Shown here piece after piece: positions 40,008-52,700 of a DNA stretch of 64,000 nt. The notes beneath the pieces are model-generated. The model saw only the letters and a program-made list of their open reading frames with translations, had not been told where the DNA came from and searched no databases. The position numbers were made by a program, and so were the translations under genes. Positions within the stretch are counted from its first letter, which is position 1. Every line of letters begins with the position of its first letter. This DNA comes from Podarcis filfolensis (lineage: Eukaryota): NCBI GenBank assembly GCA_964270895.1, contig OZ185435.1; one strand, 5' to 3'.

Positions 40008-41227
40008 CTGAAAATAAGACTTTTTTCTTTACTGCATATATATTACCTTTGGTTAATTAAGAAATAATCCCTGACCACCTCACTATCCATGACCCATATC
40101 TATAAGCTTCCAGTTTCCACCCAGAGCACATCACATAATCCATCGTCTACAGCCAAGTCCTACAATACAACTACATTTGTTCAAGCTCCTCAGAAAGAGA
40201 CCCACACCGTAGGTCTTGTGTTTTGTTTTTTCAAAAATGCATTGATCATCAGGGAATATGCAAAATAAACTTAGGATGTAGCAAACAGATAAGGAAAACC
40301 AAAGACTGTGAAATGGTGGTACCAGCTCAATTATAGGCTTATTTTTTTAAAGTCTGGTTAAGTTCTCAGTGGCACTTTGCCTAGGAAGTGTCTTGAAAAG
40401 TGCTCCTCAGTTTGTGCTGTTAATTTTAAGTAAAGCAAAGCGGATTTACCAGCCATAGAAGTGTGGCCAAAACTGACATCAAGAGTAACCTCCGAGACAC
40501 TACACTTGTTTTCTTGATGCCTCAGTTTAATAATCCTGAATCAAATATTTGCATACAATAGCTCTAAATTCATGGATGGCTAGAAATCAGTACAGTTTCA
40601 AGGTATAGCTGATCTATTTTTACTGGCTCACTCTGAAGCTTATTGTCTTTCACTAAGCAACTGATCGATCTGACCAATATGGCATGTTTAAAAACACACC
40701 ACTCAAAATGACACAGGAGGCACTCCTACACCTGCTGCCAGAACAAATCTGCAAGCAAATCTGCATTTGTGATATTTGGCCTTAACTTCCCACCACTTAG
40801 TGGGAGAGAGAATGGTGAATGGTGCCCATTGCAGCTGGCAAGGCAGAAGACAAGGAGGCCAACAGCAGGTCACGCCAAGATCAGTGTGAGATAGAGCCAT
40901 CCCATTCTAGTTTCGTCTCCATCCTGCTCTTCCTTGCTCAGTTCTATGAGGAGGAGGAAGCTGACAGGAAGCGCCACTCCCTGGACTGAATATAAGAAGG
41001 CAAATAGGCTGGCAGCTGTCTAAGGCTGGACTGATGCTGCTGGGGCACTGCCCCATTGGCACTGGGGATTGGGCCTCCACAGCTGGGGGGGGCAGCAGCC
41101 CCATCCTCCCCATAAGTTTCCACTGCAACATGACTTTAAGAAACATGCAAGTCCATTCCACCCAACCTTTCTTTTCATTGCGCCTCCTCCATCACTTGCT
41201 TCTCTGCCTATATTAGACTACAATCTC

Positions 41228-41229
<2 letters not shown>

Positions 41230-41275
<46 letters not shown>
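41230..41275. repeat. (GA)23 microsatellite
   Basis: Pure dinucleotide run. Confidence 0.95.
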
Positions 41276-41278
<3 letters not shown>

Positions 41279-41289
41279 GTTAGAGAGAG

Positions 41290-43750
41290 GCGCCTATGCT
41301 AGAATGTAAGGCAGCAGCAGGCAACACGGGTGACCAGGGCCGGGCCGGGCCGGGCCACCCATGAAGCAAGGTGACGCGACTGCCTCAGGCTGCAGAGTCC
41401 CCAGGGGCGGAAGATCCCGATGTCCATCTTCGTGACCTCGTCTAAACAGCAGCAGCCAATGTTGCTGGCGGGGGGTGGGGTGGGCATGAGATAACCGGCT
41501 GGGTCCTCTTCTGGCCAAGCCCAAGCGCCAGGAAGGGGCGAGGCAGAAAGCAGGAGCCCGGTGCATCTCCACCCGATGACTTGCCTCAGGACACGGTCTT
41601 GCGCCTCCTCGCTCAGAAAGCCCCACGCCAGAGGAAGCGCCGGAGACCCCGTTCCCGCGACGGAGGGAGAAGACAGCCGCCTACCCTCGGAGGAGCAGGG
41701 CCGCCAGGACGGGGAGCCACGACCAGCCGGGCAGGGATCCGATCAGCACCACGCAGGTCCCCCGTCCATGCTCGGCGCTGGGCCCCGCGCCCTTCTGTGG
41801 GCCGTGTTCCTCGGCTCCTCAGGCAGGGAAAGAGAAAGGCGGTTGCTTTCGAAAAGCATCACGGGAGAGGTAGTTTTCCAGCTGCTTCCCCAGCCATCGG
41901 TTTCGACTACAGAGCGCGGCGCGGCGGCGTTTCTCAGGCCGGCGCTTTACATCCGGAGAGGCTCGTGCTGCGCTTCCCAGGCAGGAAGCCGGGTTTCCCT
42001 CAGCGCCGAGCCTTTCTCGCTCTCCTTCCTCCCCCGCTCCGCTTCTGTCACTACGGGTCATGGGCGGAGGCAAAACTCCTCCGTTTACGCGCCGCTTCTT
42101 TTGAAAGGGGCTGTGCTGCTTCGTTAGGCTTTAGGAGTGAAAGGGCTCCGGCCCAGACAAGGGGCAAGGCGAGGAACCAGAAGCAGGGAGGAGCCACAGA
42201 GGTAAGGAAAGGTTAGAGTGGCGCGCAAATGTCAAGCCTAAGCACACAGCCCGGGCATTGATGAGCTTTGGACCGAACGCCGCAGCGCCGTGGCGGGAAA
42301 CCTTTGCCCCACCCCCTCAGTGGTTTTGGACTGCAACTCCCATCAGCCCCAGCCAAGGATGACGGGAGTTGTAGTCCAAAGAACCCAAGCATTAGGGATG
42401 AATGCAGGCAGGTGGCGTTTCCCTAACTCTTGGCCTCTCCAAGGTGAAACACGCCAAGGGACGTCGACATGGCAGTGGGAGGCCAGTCCGAACCTGTGTC
42501 TCTCGAGGCCTTTCCGGGAGCGTTTTACGTGCCTCACAGGCTGAGTTGCAGAGATTAAAATTAAGAGTTACACACCACCGCAGTCCTTCACTTCCGCGGT
42601 GAACTTCCTCCCTTTCAGTTAAAGGAAGCTGGATTTCCTCCAAAAATAGAGCGACACTTCCCAGCATAGCTGTCAACTTTTCCCTTTTCTTGAGAGGAAC
42701 CCTATTCGGAATAAAGGAATTTCCCTTAAAAAAAGGGAAACGTTGACAGCTGTGCTTCCCAGCAGAGATTAGGAAATTCTAGACCCCGCCCTCTCCCCCA
42801 GCCCCAACCCTCACTTAGACGGCGTAGATGCGGCTTCAAGTCTTTAAACACTTAATTCCCACGCGAAAAGAGGCCTGAGTTGGAAAGAGCCTGTCGAGAG
42901 GCCGCTCCCTTTTGTTTCTGGTGGACGCTCGGCCGCTGGCCAAATCACGGCTTCGCTTCAAATCCTGGATTGCCCACAGGGAGCTGTCACTTTTGCTCCA
43001 GGAGGAGGAGGAGGGCGGCGGCACCCAGAAGCGATGCAGGCAACAACATATAGACTCTGCTTTTACGTCCATGCACTCTGCCCCTATAACGTGCCTCCCG
43101 CTTCCCTCGGTGTTCATGTCAGTTTCCTCCCCTGCCCAGGCTGCGCGTGTCTGTGTGTTACGCTTATAGATCTCCCCCTCTATGGTACTGGGGGAGTAAG
43201 GAGCGGCGGCGGCAGCAACGGAAGGAAGCTCTCCGGCGGCTGCCGGAAGCTGGGAGGCGGCGCGGCTGCCGGCGGCGCTTCTAGTAGCTTCCAGACGCGC
43301 GGCGAGAGAGCGAGGGCGACGGGCGCTCGCCAGCCAGCCAGCCGGGCAGAGGCAGAAGCGGCGAGTCCTTCAGCGAGGCGCTGATGGCCAAGTGGGGAGA
43401 GGGAGATCCGCGCTGGATTGTGGAGCAGCGCGCGGATGCCACCAACGTCAACAACTGGCACTGGTGAGCGAGGGGGGCAGGGAAGGCAGCGGGGGCTGGG
43501 GGGGGGCGGAGGAGAAGTGGCTCGTGTTTGGGGGGGATGCAGCTCTTCCCCTGAGGGCTTTGGGGGAATAAGGGCGGCCGTGCTGCCACCGCCACACCCA
43601 CAGCCACCCACACCCCCGCGGTTGCGGGGACGCGTGTCTGCTTCTCTCTCCCTGTCTCTTCCCTCTGACCCCTTCGCCCGAGATTCTCCTCCGCTTATGC
43701 GTGTTCGCGCCGGAGTCACTTTCCTTCGGGTTCGGTGGACCTTACTCTCA
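41290..43750. promoter_or_regulatory. CpG-rich divergent promoter region for VIPAS39 (non-coding first exon not resolved) and AHSA1
   Basis: Two CpG-dense blocks (about 41290-42300 and 42780-43750) lie between the VIPAS39 first coding exon, whose ATG directly follows an acceptor (cag|ATG), and the AHSA1 ATG. Confidence 0.8.
43278..43297. promoter_or_regulatory. Heat-shock element-like array upstream of AHSA1
   Basis: cTTCt-aGTAg-cTTCc-aGACg: four correctly phased inverted nGAAn pentamers, two perfect and two with one mismatch, about 90 nt upstream of the ATG. AHSA1 is an established HSF1 target. Confidence 0.55.
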
Positions 43751-46700
43751 AATAAGTGTGGTAAAAGATTACAAGCGCGGGGGGAGATAGAGAAACCTCC
43801 CTGGCCTGGTTTAACCTCCTTTTTAAAAAAATAACAGCTGGATCTGTAGAAGGGCAGCTAGTGAGAGTTTGGGTGCTTTTTGGCACGGAAAAAGAAATAC
43901 GATCGCTAGCTACTTCTTTCAGATCAAGCTGCGCTGAAGTGCATGGGAGCTAGGGGCTGGTTAAAAGAAACAAAAACGTTGGCAGTCTTTTCTAGGGGCC
44001 AGGTGCAGCATCTGGCAAAGCCAGCGAGTGCCTGCTGAATAAAAGTTTGCAACAGGGAGGCAGCCCCTCCACCTGTATCATAATCTGGTGCTGCACAAGC
44101 ACTCTCCAGAATAGGAAGCACCTTGTCAATTTTAATGGTGTGTTTGTGTGTTTGTGCTTACTGTGTTTCTGACATGCAAAGCCATGCTTTTTGTTTAGCT
44201 AGGTTGCTGTGTTTGATTGCTTTTCACACTGATTTGCGGTGTGGTAGTTGTGGAGAAAGTGGGTAGACAGGAAGTGGTGGTATCCAGGGAAACTGTTCCA
44301 GGAGCATTTTGAAAATGGGGGAGGATTTCATTCATTGCTTCCTTAATGTGGAATTAATGATGACAAGATAGGAATCAGTCTTAATTTGAAAAATGGTGAC
44401 GCAAGTTGTCCTAAGCAAACTAGCAATTCTGCCACATACAAATTAATGGATGATTTGACAACAATTTTAATATAAATGGAGCTTCAACACAGAAGCAGTA
44501 TTCCTGAGTGCAGGATACTAATAGCAAAGAGGGTGGCTGTTGCTATCACATCATGTATGTAAGCTTTTCAGTAGTCACTATTGGAGACAGAGTGCTGGGG
44601 AAACCCAGCCAGATGGGCGGGGTATAAATAATAAATTATTATTATTATTATATGAACTAGAATAATTTTTGTGTGCTGCTGTAAGAAAGTCATTTTTCTA
44701 TTCCAATAGAAATGAACCAGAAAAACCTGCAGATGCAGGATGCCTTCATATTGTCACTTGGTCATGTACATCTGCTATTATGTATAGTGTTCTATTTTTT
44801 GTTTCTTATTGAAAATCTTTTCATGCGATTGCCACCACACTTACTGACCTGGGCAAGGAGTGAACTATGCACAATATTTTCAAGCAGCTGCTGTGCACAG
44901 TGTGGCTTGTGTAAATATGGCATTTTGCCAGCAGTGCAAAGACCAAGTGCCAATGGCACTTTACACCTTGATTTATTATGGTATGGACTCTTGTGAACAG
45001 CAGCTTAGGGATGCTGGAGACCTCTGATGAAACCCAAGTCGAACTTGCTAGTGTTTGCTTATTTGCCTCATGTCTGTAATGGATATCAATCTGGCAAATA
45101 TGACCAGTGTTTGCTGTTGCTTTCCACCTGCAAATTGTATGTAATCAATTATGCCACCATCCCCCCACATTTGCATTGTGTTTCCTTTGCGTAGAAATGA
45201 ATGGGGTGGGATAAAGTAACAACAGTGTAATGATAATATGCAAGTTACATAATTTTACCACAGTGCACAATGAGACAAATAATGTAAGTTTTGGCAGAAG
45301 ATGAACTGCAGCAGAATGGAGAAAATGCTGCATGCAATAAATACAGGGTGGAACAGAAAACGGTATCTTCTTCCATCCCTATTAGCAACCCACGGCTTTC
45401 AGGATTAGTATAAAGAAGTCTAGTCCTACCCTTTTGTGACTATATCTACCAAGTCTATCCTGTTCCTGAGATTTTCAGTCCAATCAGTTTTGCTCCTTAT
45501 TAAATCCAGGCTCTTCTGCATCTTTAGGCAACTAGAAACATGATCACCATGCTCTTAATTTGTGATGAGTGAGCAGCTGCTATTTTTTCAGTTGCAGGAG
45601 ACTTTAAAGGAGGAAGGACTGTAGGTTCCCTGCTCTGGGAACTTGCCAGTTAAATTAAACCACAGGGGAGATATGCCCTGTCTCTTTGAGCATCATGGTT
45701 AATTCATATCTGAGGAAGGTGTGTGTACTTCTCTAGAACCATGGAGAGCTCTCCAGTTAGCAGCAGTTTCTTCTGTCCTCCTGCCCCAACCCTGGGGGGT
45801 GCGGAGCCAAAAAGAAAAAACAGTGACATAGGCAGTATGAAGTGAGCCAGCAGCTCATTCTGCAGTGGTGAGCAAGCTGTAGTTTCCAAGGGTATGTAAT
45901 GCTAATGCAGCAGCACTCAAGCAGCTGTGAAACATATAGCCATCTTCAACTTATGAAGCACTCTTTGTTTTTACATGCAGATTCTACAGAAACATTTTAT
46001 CTAGATTGGTTTTCAAAGCAGAAGCCTGATGTATTGGAATTTAGTTATTGTATTTTAAGGAGCAGGAAAGGGGAAATCTGTTTGTATAATCTGTCTCTGT
46101 CATTTTACAAGTTACTTCTCTACTGGGTAGATTTAACAGCTATGATCTCAGCTGTTTGTGAGTTCACTCCGTCCATCCACCTAGTGGTTCAAGATAATCC
46201 TGTGGGTTGGCTAGAACTGTACATCCTGTTCTTTCATTGAAATATAGGAACCTGCTGGGAATGGACTACTCATTAAGTGTGTGTATGATGCCATTCTCAT
46301 GTTGCCAGATTGTTTTACAAAAAATATGGTTTTTAAATGAAATAAAAAGGTAGGTTCCACAACAGCAGACAGTCTGTGATTTGACCTTGGAATTGTATCT
46401 GCGTCTAACTAGATGCAGGCATGGCCAAACTTGGCCCTCCAGCTGTTTTGGAACTACAATTTGCATCATCCCTAGCTAACAGGACCAGTGGTCAGGGATG
46501 ATGGGAATTGTAGTTCCCAAACAGCTGGAGAGCCAAGTTTGGCCACGCCTGAAATTTACTAGACAGTAGTGAGAGCTTCAACAATATGCTTTGCTTGCAC
46601 TAGAGCTAGGAAGTTAAGAGTTAAGAAGGAAGTTTTGGGGCTGTGTAAGCTCAACATGTGATGACTCGTATAACTCAAGCTTGAGCCATCCTATTGTATT

Positions 46701-49700
46701 AGAAGCATAGGACTGGATAACTAAGTTATACTTTGAAATTAGTGCACTTAGTTATTCATGCACATTAATTAAAGTGGCCTGGATTCAGCTAGCCCTGTGC
46801 ACCAGCAGAGCTCTTGCTAGTGCAGTGAGGCCTTGCCCCCCCTGCACACACACCCAGTCCATTCTGGAGGGTCAGGAGAACCCCCAGAACAGTGCATGGG
46901 GGAAGGAGAGGGGGGATTGCTCTGTCTGGCAAGCAGGAATGCTTGCACTAATGAAACAACCAGAAGAGTGTGACGTTGAATTCCTCCCAATGGATCTAAC
47001 TCTTATGTTGTCTAGCTGTTCCTGGTTCATAATCCTGCTGAAGTAAAGTAACAGATTCAGAATGGGGCTGAGGAAATTGATCAGCCAAGGTTAAATAGGT
47101 GGTATGGGTTCTTAGTCATGGTTGGAGCCCTCCTTTATAGATGTATATAGGACATAATTGGTTAATTGCTGAGTGGTGGGAATTAAGTAAAAAAGTTATT
47201 TTGTCCAAGCTATGCCCAACTGCCCTACACCCAACATCATATGACATCAGGTGTGGAGCAGGTAGAAACCTGGCTTAGCCAAAAGGGAGTTTGTTGGCAA
47301 CTGAAAAGCTCAGTGTGGAGTGCTTCAGATAGACAGCACTTCAGAAGCTCCTTTCAAAGCACTATATTGTGCAGTGCTTTGAGAGGGTTTTAGCAAGCCT
47401 CAGCAATTGGCGGGTCATGAGAAGCCCCTTTCAAAGTGCTGTCTTGTGAAGTGATATGCAAAGACCCTTGCAAGTAGAAAAGGTAATCTGATGTCAGGTG
47501 ATCGACAAGTTTGTGGTTCTGCCCACTTGTCAATCTTAGCCCACTAGAGGTGGGAAAGATAACAATCTGACCCACTGGCCAAATACAGTTCACCACCGCT
47601 GGTGTAGAGGTATACAGAGTGGTTAGTCAAAACCCTTGGTTACCCTCTTCCATGTGTCCTTAAAGAAGTCAGTTTTGGAAGTGTAACTTTTCAAGATGTA
47701 TAGCCAAATACCATGTGTTTCCAGGGAATGGGACAAAGGGGGTGTATGCAATGCATTGAAAACTAACTTTGCAACACTGGAGCATTGAAAGGCACCAGCT
47801 GTTCATTACTGCCTTTTTATATTTTGAGAATTTTGTTCTTTTCTTAGGACTGAAAGAGATGCATCTAACTGGTCTTCAGAGAAACTGAAAAGTTTGCTTC
47901 TGGCTATTAGAGCAGAGAATGCAGAGGGAACTTGTGAAGTGACAGAAGTGAGTAAATTGGATGGAGAAGCCTCAATCAATAACCGCAAAGGAAAGCTGAT
48001 TTTCTTCTATGAGTGGAATATCAAGCTGGCTTGGACAGGTGAGTTTTCCTGCTTTGTTTTTAGCTACGTAATGCGATCTTGCTGTAGAGTTCTGGAGGTT
48101 GAATTGTCAAAAAGCAGAATTTCTACAGTCTTTTCAAATAGTTAGGAAGCAGATAATAACCCCATTCTCCAAGGGAAGAGAGAAAGGGAATTTAGAGAGT
48201 TTTCTAGAATGCCAGAACATGTCAGAAGTTGCTGTTAGGAAGTGAAATTGAGCAATTCATTCAGTATATTGCTTTTCACAGGCACTTCAAATACAGGTGT
48301 GAAGTATAAGGGATATGTGGAGATTCCCAATCTGTCGGATGAAAATGAAGTTGATGAAATTGAGGTAAGAACACAGTTACAGATTATTTTCCTGATTTCT
48401 GCTTTGTTGAAGAGGGATCAGATATCCGAGTAGTCCCTCTCTTCAGCTTTTTATTCTTTTTAAGCCCCATAAGTTCATATCTGATTTCTACCATTCAAAT
48501 CTGCAAACAGCTACCGTCTTTAAGTAAAAATAATTTCATGGATGCAGTACAGGGTGGAGGAGTATGTGCAGTGAAAAGAGATTTGTCATGTTGGAACCGT
48601 ATGAATTCCCGCCGCCCCTCCTTTTCTTCTCAGATCAGCGTTAGTCTTGCCAAAGATGAGCCAGACACCAACCTGCTAGCTTTGATGAAGCATGAAGGTG
48701 TAAATCAGATCAGCAGTGCTTTGGAAACTTACATTAGTACTCTCAAAACAGGTAAGTACAGAGGGGTAAAAGAAATAGTCAAGTCAAAGCTGTTCTTGTG
48801 GAGGACGAAGGAGTTTCGAAATCTGTTAGAAATAGTTTGCTTAGAATAAACTTGTACATCTTTGTCATAGATCTTAACCCCTGTTCACCTGTTCTCCCCT
48901 TGTCCTGCAATTAACCCTCATCTGAAGGGGATAGAGGGAATAAGTCTGGCCTTGTCCTCTCCTGCATCCCCTGGCACCGTTTCCTTCCGCAGCACCCACC
49001 ACTCCCCCTAACACCATGATGGTGGCTGAATGTCTGCAGCAAGGAGCCCATTCTATTTGAGTAGGCTCCCTGCATGATTCATATCCTGATCTTTCAGGCT
49101 TTTTAATCTTGTGGAGAGCTTATTTGAATAGAACAGGCTCCCCACCGAAGACGTGCAGCCCCCAACATGGTGAGGGTGGTGGGTGGGCTGCAGAAATGAT
49201 GGCAGAAGCAGCCAGAGACCAATGGGCTGGTCTCCTCTTTCCTTGGCATGAGCGGTGGAGAGTGAGTGTGTAGGGCTTAAGTTACATATTGCCTGGATTA
49301 CTGTAGCAAACCGTGTGGGGCTTCCTGTGAAGATTCTTTGGAAGCTTCAGCTAGTACAAAATGCCACTGCTAAAATTCTAACATGTAGCAGGTTTGGGGA
49401 GAATGTCAGTCCCATACTGTAGCAGCTACACTGGTTGTCGGTGTTTTTGAGTGCAGTTCAAAATACTGGTTATCACTAAATGGCTTAGGACTTGTGATAC
49501 CTCAAGGACCTTCTCCATCCTCTGCTTGTCTACCAAAGTAAATCTGGTGAGGCAAGACTCCGTTCAAGGGTGTGAAGAATTATCCTTTTCCATCTGAGTG
49601 CTGATAGAAATTATTATGGATTATTTGTCTCAAGTAGCACCAAGGAAACTGCCACCACATCATTGTGGGGGGGAAAGCCTTGTGCATTAGTGCATGCCTG

Positions 49701-52700
49701 CACTAGAGAACTTGGAGTCGTGGTCTGAAAATTATATATACCTGCCCTGAGTTTACCAGTCGAACTTTAGGCTGCATGTCTCTAATATAGTATCATGTAC
49801 CGTATTTTTCGCCCTATAGGACGCACTTTCCCCCCTCCAAAAATGAAGGGGAAATGTGTGTGCGTCCTATGGGGCGAATGCAGGCTTTCGCTGAAGCCTG
49901 GAGAGTGAGAGGGGTTGGTGCGCACCGACCCCTCTCGCTCTCCAGGCTTCACGCAGCTCTCCGCAAGGCGCGGAAGCCTGGCGCTGGGCTCCCACGGCTT
50001 GCGGAGAGTTGCCTGTTCTGGGGTCGGGGGAAGCTCGGGCTTCCCCCATGCCTGGGGGGGAAATAAAATTTTTTGCCTTTATTTCCCCCCCAAAAAACTA
50101 GGTGCGCCCTATGGGGCGGTGCGTCCTATAGGGCGAAAAATACGGTAATTATTGTTTTACCCTCTTTCTTGCTCTCAAAAGCATTTGTATAGCTTTCAGT
50201 ACATCCTCCTGGAGGTCTGAACTGAAAAGTTCCAGTGTTATAAATTTATCAAAGTGTGTGGTAGCTTTCTTATCCCATTTTCCGTGACATCCTGCCTTCC
50301 TTTAATGATGCTTTCTTACAGCTATGTTTGTTATGAAATGTGGTTTGCATTTCTTTCTAGATGCTTTGCATGGAATAATGAGATTTTAATACCTTTCAGA
50401 GTTTACCCAAGGCATGATCTTACCCACAGTGAATGGTGAACAATCAGAGCTCCCACCTCAGCCTGTACGCAAAGCAGAGGAACGGAAGGTAAGAGCCCAA
50501 GATTCCAGGTGTATTTTATAGGTTAACATTTCCTTGCTCTGATGGAATGAAGAATAAGGCACAGGGCTACTTTACACTCCTAGTGGCAGCAGACTTAGTG
50601 GTGTGGCGTATGAGGTAGCTCTGGGCACTAAGCAGTTTTGATAGGAATGTGAATATTCTGTGGCATACAATTGGACCAAAATTCTTGAGGGAGTATAACA
50701 AAAACAGATTTCAATATCTTGAAGATTGGGGACTACTGGAGTCCAGTGAGGAAGAAAAGTGGCTGCAGGTTGGTACCTTGCTCTTGCAGCAGCTGCAGGG
50801 AATGAGCCATCTTATTAGCAGGGTTCTGGATTAATTATTTTGCTCCAAATCTCCCCCCGCCCCTAGCAAAGTGAGGCAAGTGGCCTAGGGAGAGAGTATT
50901 TTCCTTGGTGGCACCACATTTATGGAATGCTTTCCCAGCAGAGGCTTGCCTGGCATCTACGTTGTGGACCTTTAGCTACCAGGTGAAGATTTTTTTATTT
51001 TCCCATGTCTTTTAACTCACAGCTGGAGCGGGATTCAACTACTAGCTCTGCTAGTGGGAGCCTGCCCAAGGATTTCTGCTAGTGCAAGGCTTGAGGGTCT
51101 TGGGAGCGCCATAGTGTTACACTGCATTCCTCAGTGCTGTTTACATGTATACAATTCCCCCCCCCCCGCTTGCTTGCTTTTTATGCTGGTTTTATATTGA
51201 TTGCATCTGGCTTTTAGGTTGTGCTTGTACTGATTTGTATTGCATATAGTTTCTATTGTTTTCACAATTTTTAGATTGTATTTTGAGTGCTGTTCTTTTT
51301 TAAAAAAAGTTTGTAAATCAACTAACAATTATCAGTTAATATATGTTTTTAGTTGTAACTTATTCTATTTTTAGACCACTGAACCAGTTGCTGGCAATGC
51401 ACTTAAATCCAAATCGATAGGAGTCAAGATTCCTACTTGCAAGATAAACTTGAAGGACGTTTTCTTAACATCTCCAGATGAACTGTATAGAGTGTTTATT
51501 ACACAAGAGGTAAGTTGCAGGTCTGTCTACAGGTCCTTTTCTGTCGAGAAGTCCTTGTACACTTCTTAGATTAGATTTGGTTATAAATATCTCTACTGGT
51601 TGCTTAGACTAACGTCCTCCCCGTTTCTCCTATTAGCTCGCACACAGAGGGTGTTGTGGTTGGTACTCTGCAGCAGAAGCGGCCTCTAGGCCTCTAGGAA
51701 ATACTTCAAGGATTATGGGTCACCTTGTTTCTTCTCAGTCTGGAAGGGTTATATGTTCTTTCAGCAGGAGACCTACTTCCGAAGAAGCTCCCACAGAGAT
51801 GAGCATTTGCTTCTGCTTATTTGGAAATGAAGTGGCAGCCAAGAGGTGCTACTTTCATCCTTGAAAGTGCCCCCGTCCCCAGTGGGAGATGGTACTGGAA
51901 TCAAGCATCTATTTCTGTTGTTTCAGTAGATTGGGTGGAAGTCATGGTCATTTTAATGCAACGGGTCCCCTTGCTACTTGACTCACTGATCATAATTTTT
52001 TTTTCCTGCAGATGGTCCAGGCTTTTACTCACTCACCTGCCTTTTTGGAGGCTGACAAAGGAGGAAAATTCCAGCTGCTAGATGGCAGTGTCACTGGAGA
52101 GTTCACTGAACTAGTAAGTCCTGTTGACAATACATTTTCTGTTGCTCAGTAGCTGGGACGTGCCTTCTTTTTAGCCCATGATCTGTTTCTTTTGTAATGC
52201 TCTGAACACTTATGTTGTGAACTGCCCTGTGATCTTTGGATGAAGGGTGTTGTACAGATAATAATAGTAATAATAGTAATAATAATAATAATGCCTGTAC
52301 TACCTCACCAAGTCTAAAATTGGATAGACTCTTTTGTGTTGCTGATGGTTTAGCTGCAAATACACATCTTTTTCAAAAAACAAATGGATAATATTGGCCG
52401 AGTTCAGACATAACAAACTCAGTTTGATTAGGCAGGCACAAGCATTGCACCTTTCTGCTCCTTCCTCCTTCCCCTTTGCACTGTCAGAATGAAAATGATG
52501 CTTTCCTGGTTTAGATGTAACAGGTAATCAGTTTAAGAAATCCTGGAGGTTATTCACTACAGAGCAGGAGGGGAGGGGAGGAGACAGTGTACGCACAGCA
52601 ACCTTCATCTAAACTATGGTTATTTCTGAACCACGTCTGGTTCAGAGAAGAAATGTTATGAAGGCAAGCTTGGTGAACTGTAGCTAAACTTAGATCATTT

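Noticed and set aside
43484-43510. G-quadruplex-forming runs at the start of AHSA1 intron 1
   Set aside because: Real, but common at the 5' end of first introns in CpG islands; not distinctive.
41294-43834. Overlapping 110-211 aa ORFs (for example 41561-42127, 41581-42216, 43180-43719)
   Set aside because: CpG-island artefacts rich in R/G/P/A, with no recognisable domain.
44356-46740. RTGATGA C-box matches in AHSA1 intron 1 (about 44356, 45562, 46659) as C/D snoRNAs
   Set aside because: No CTGA D box at a suitable distance and no terminal stem.
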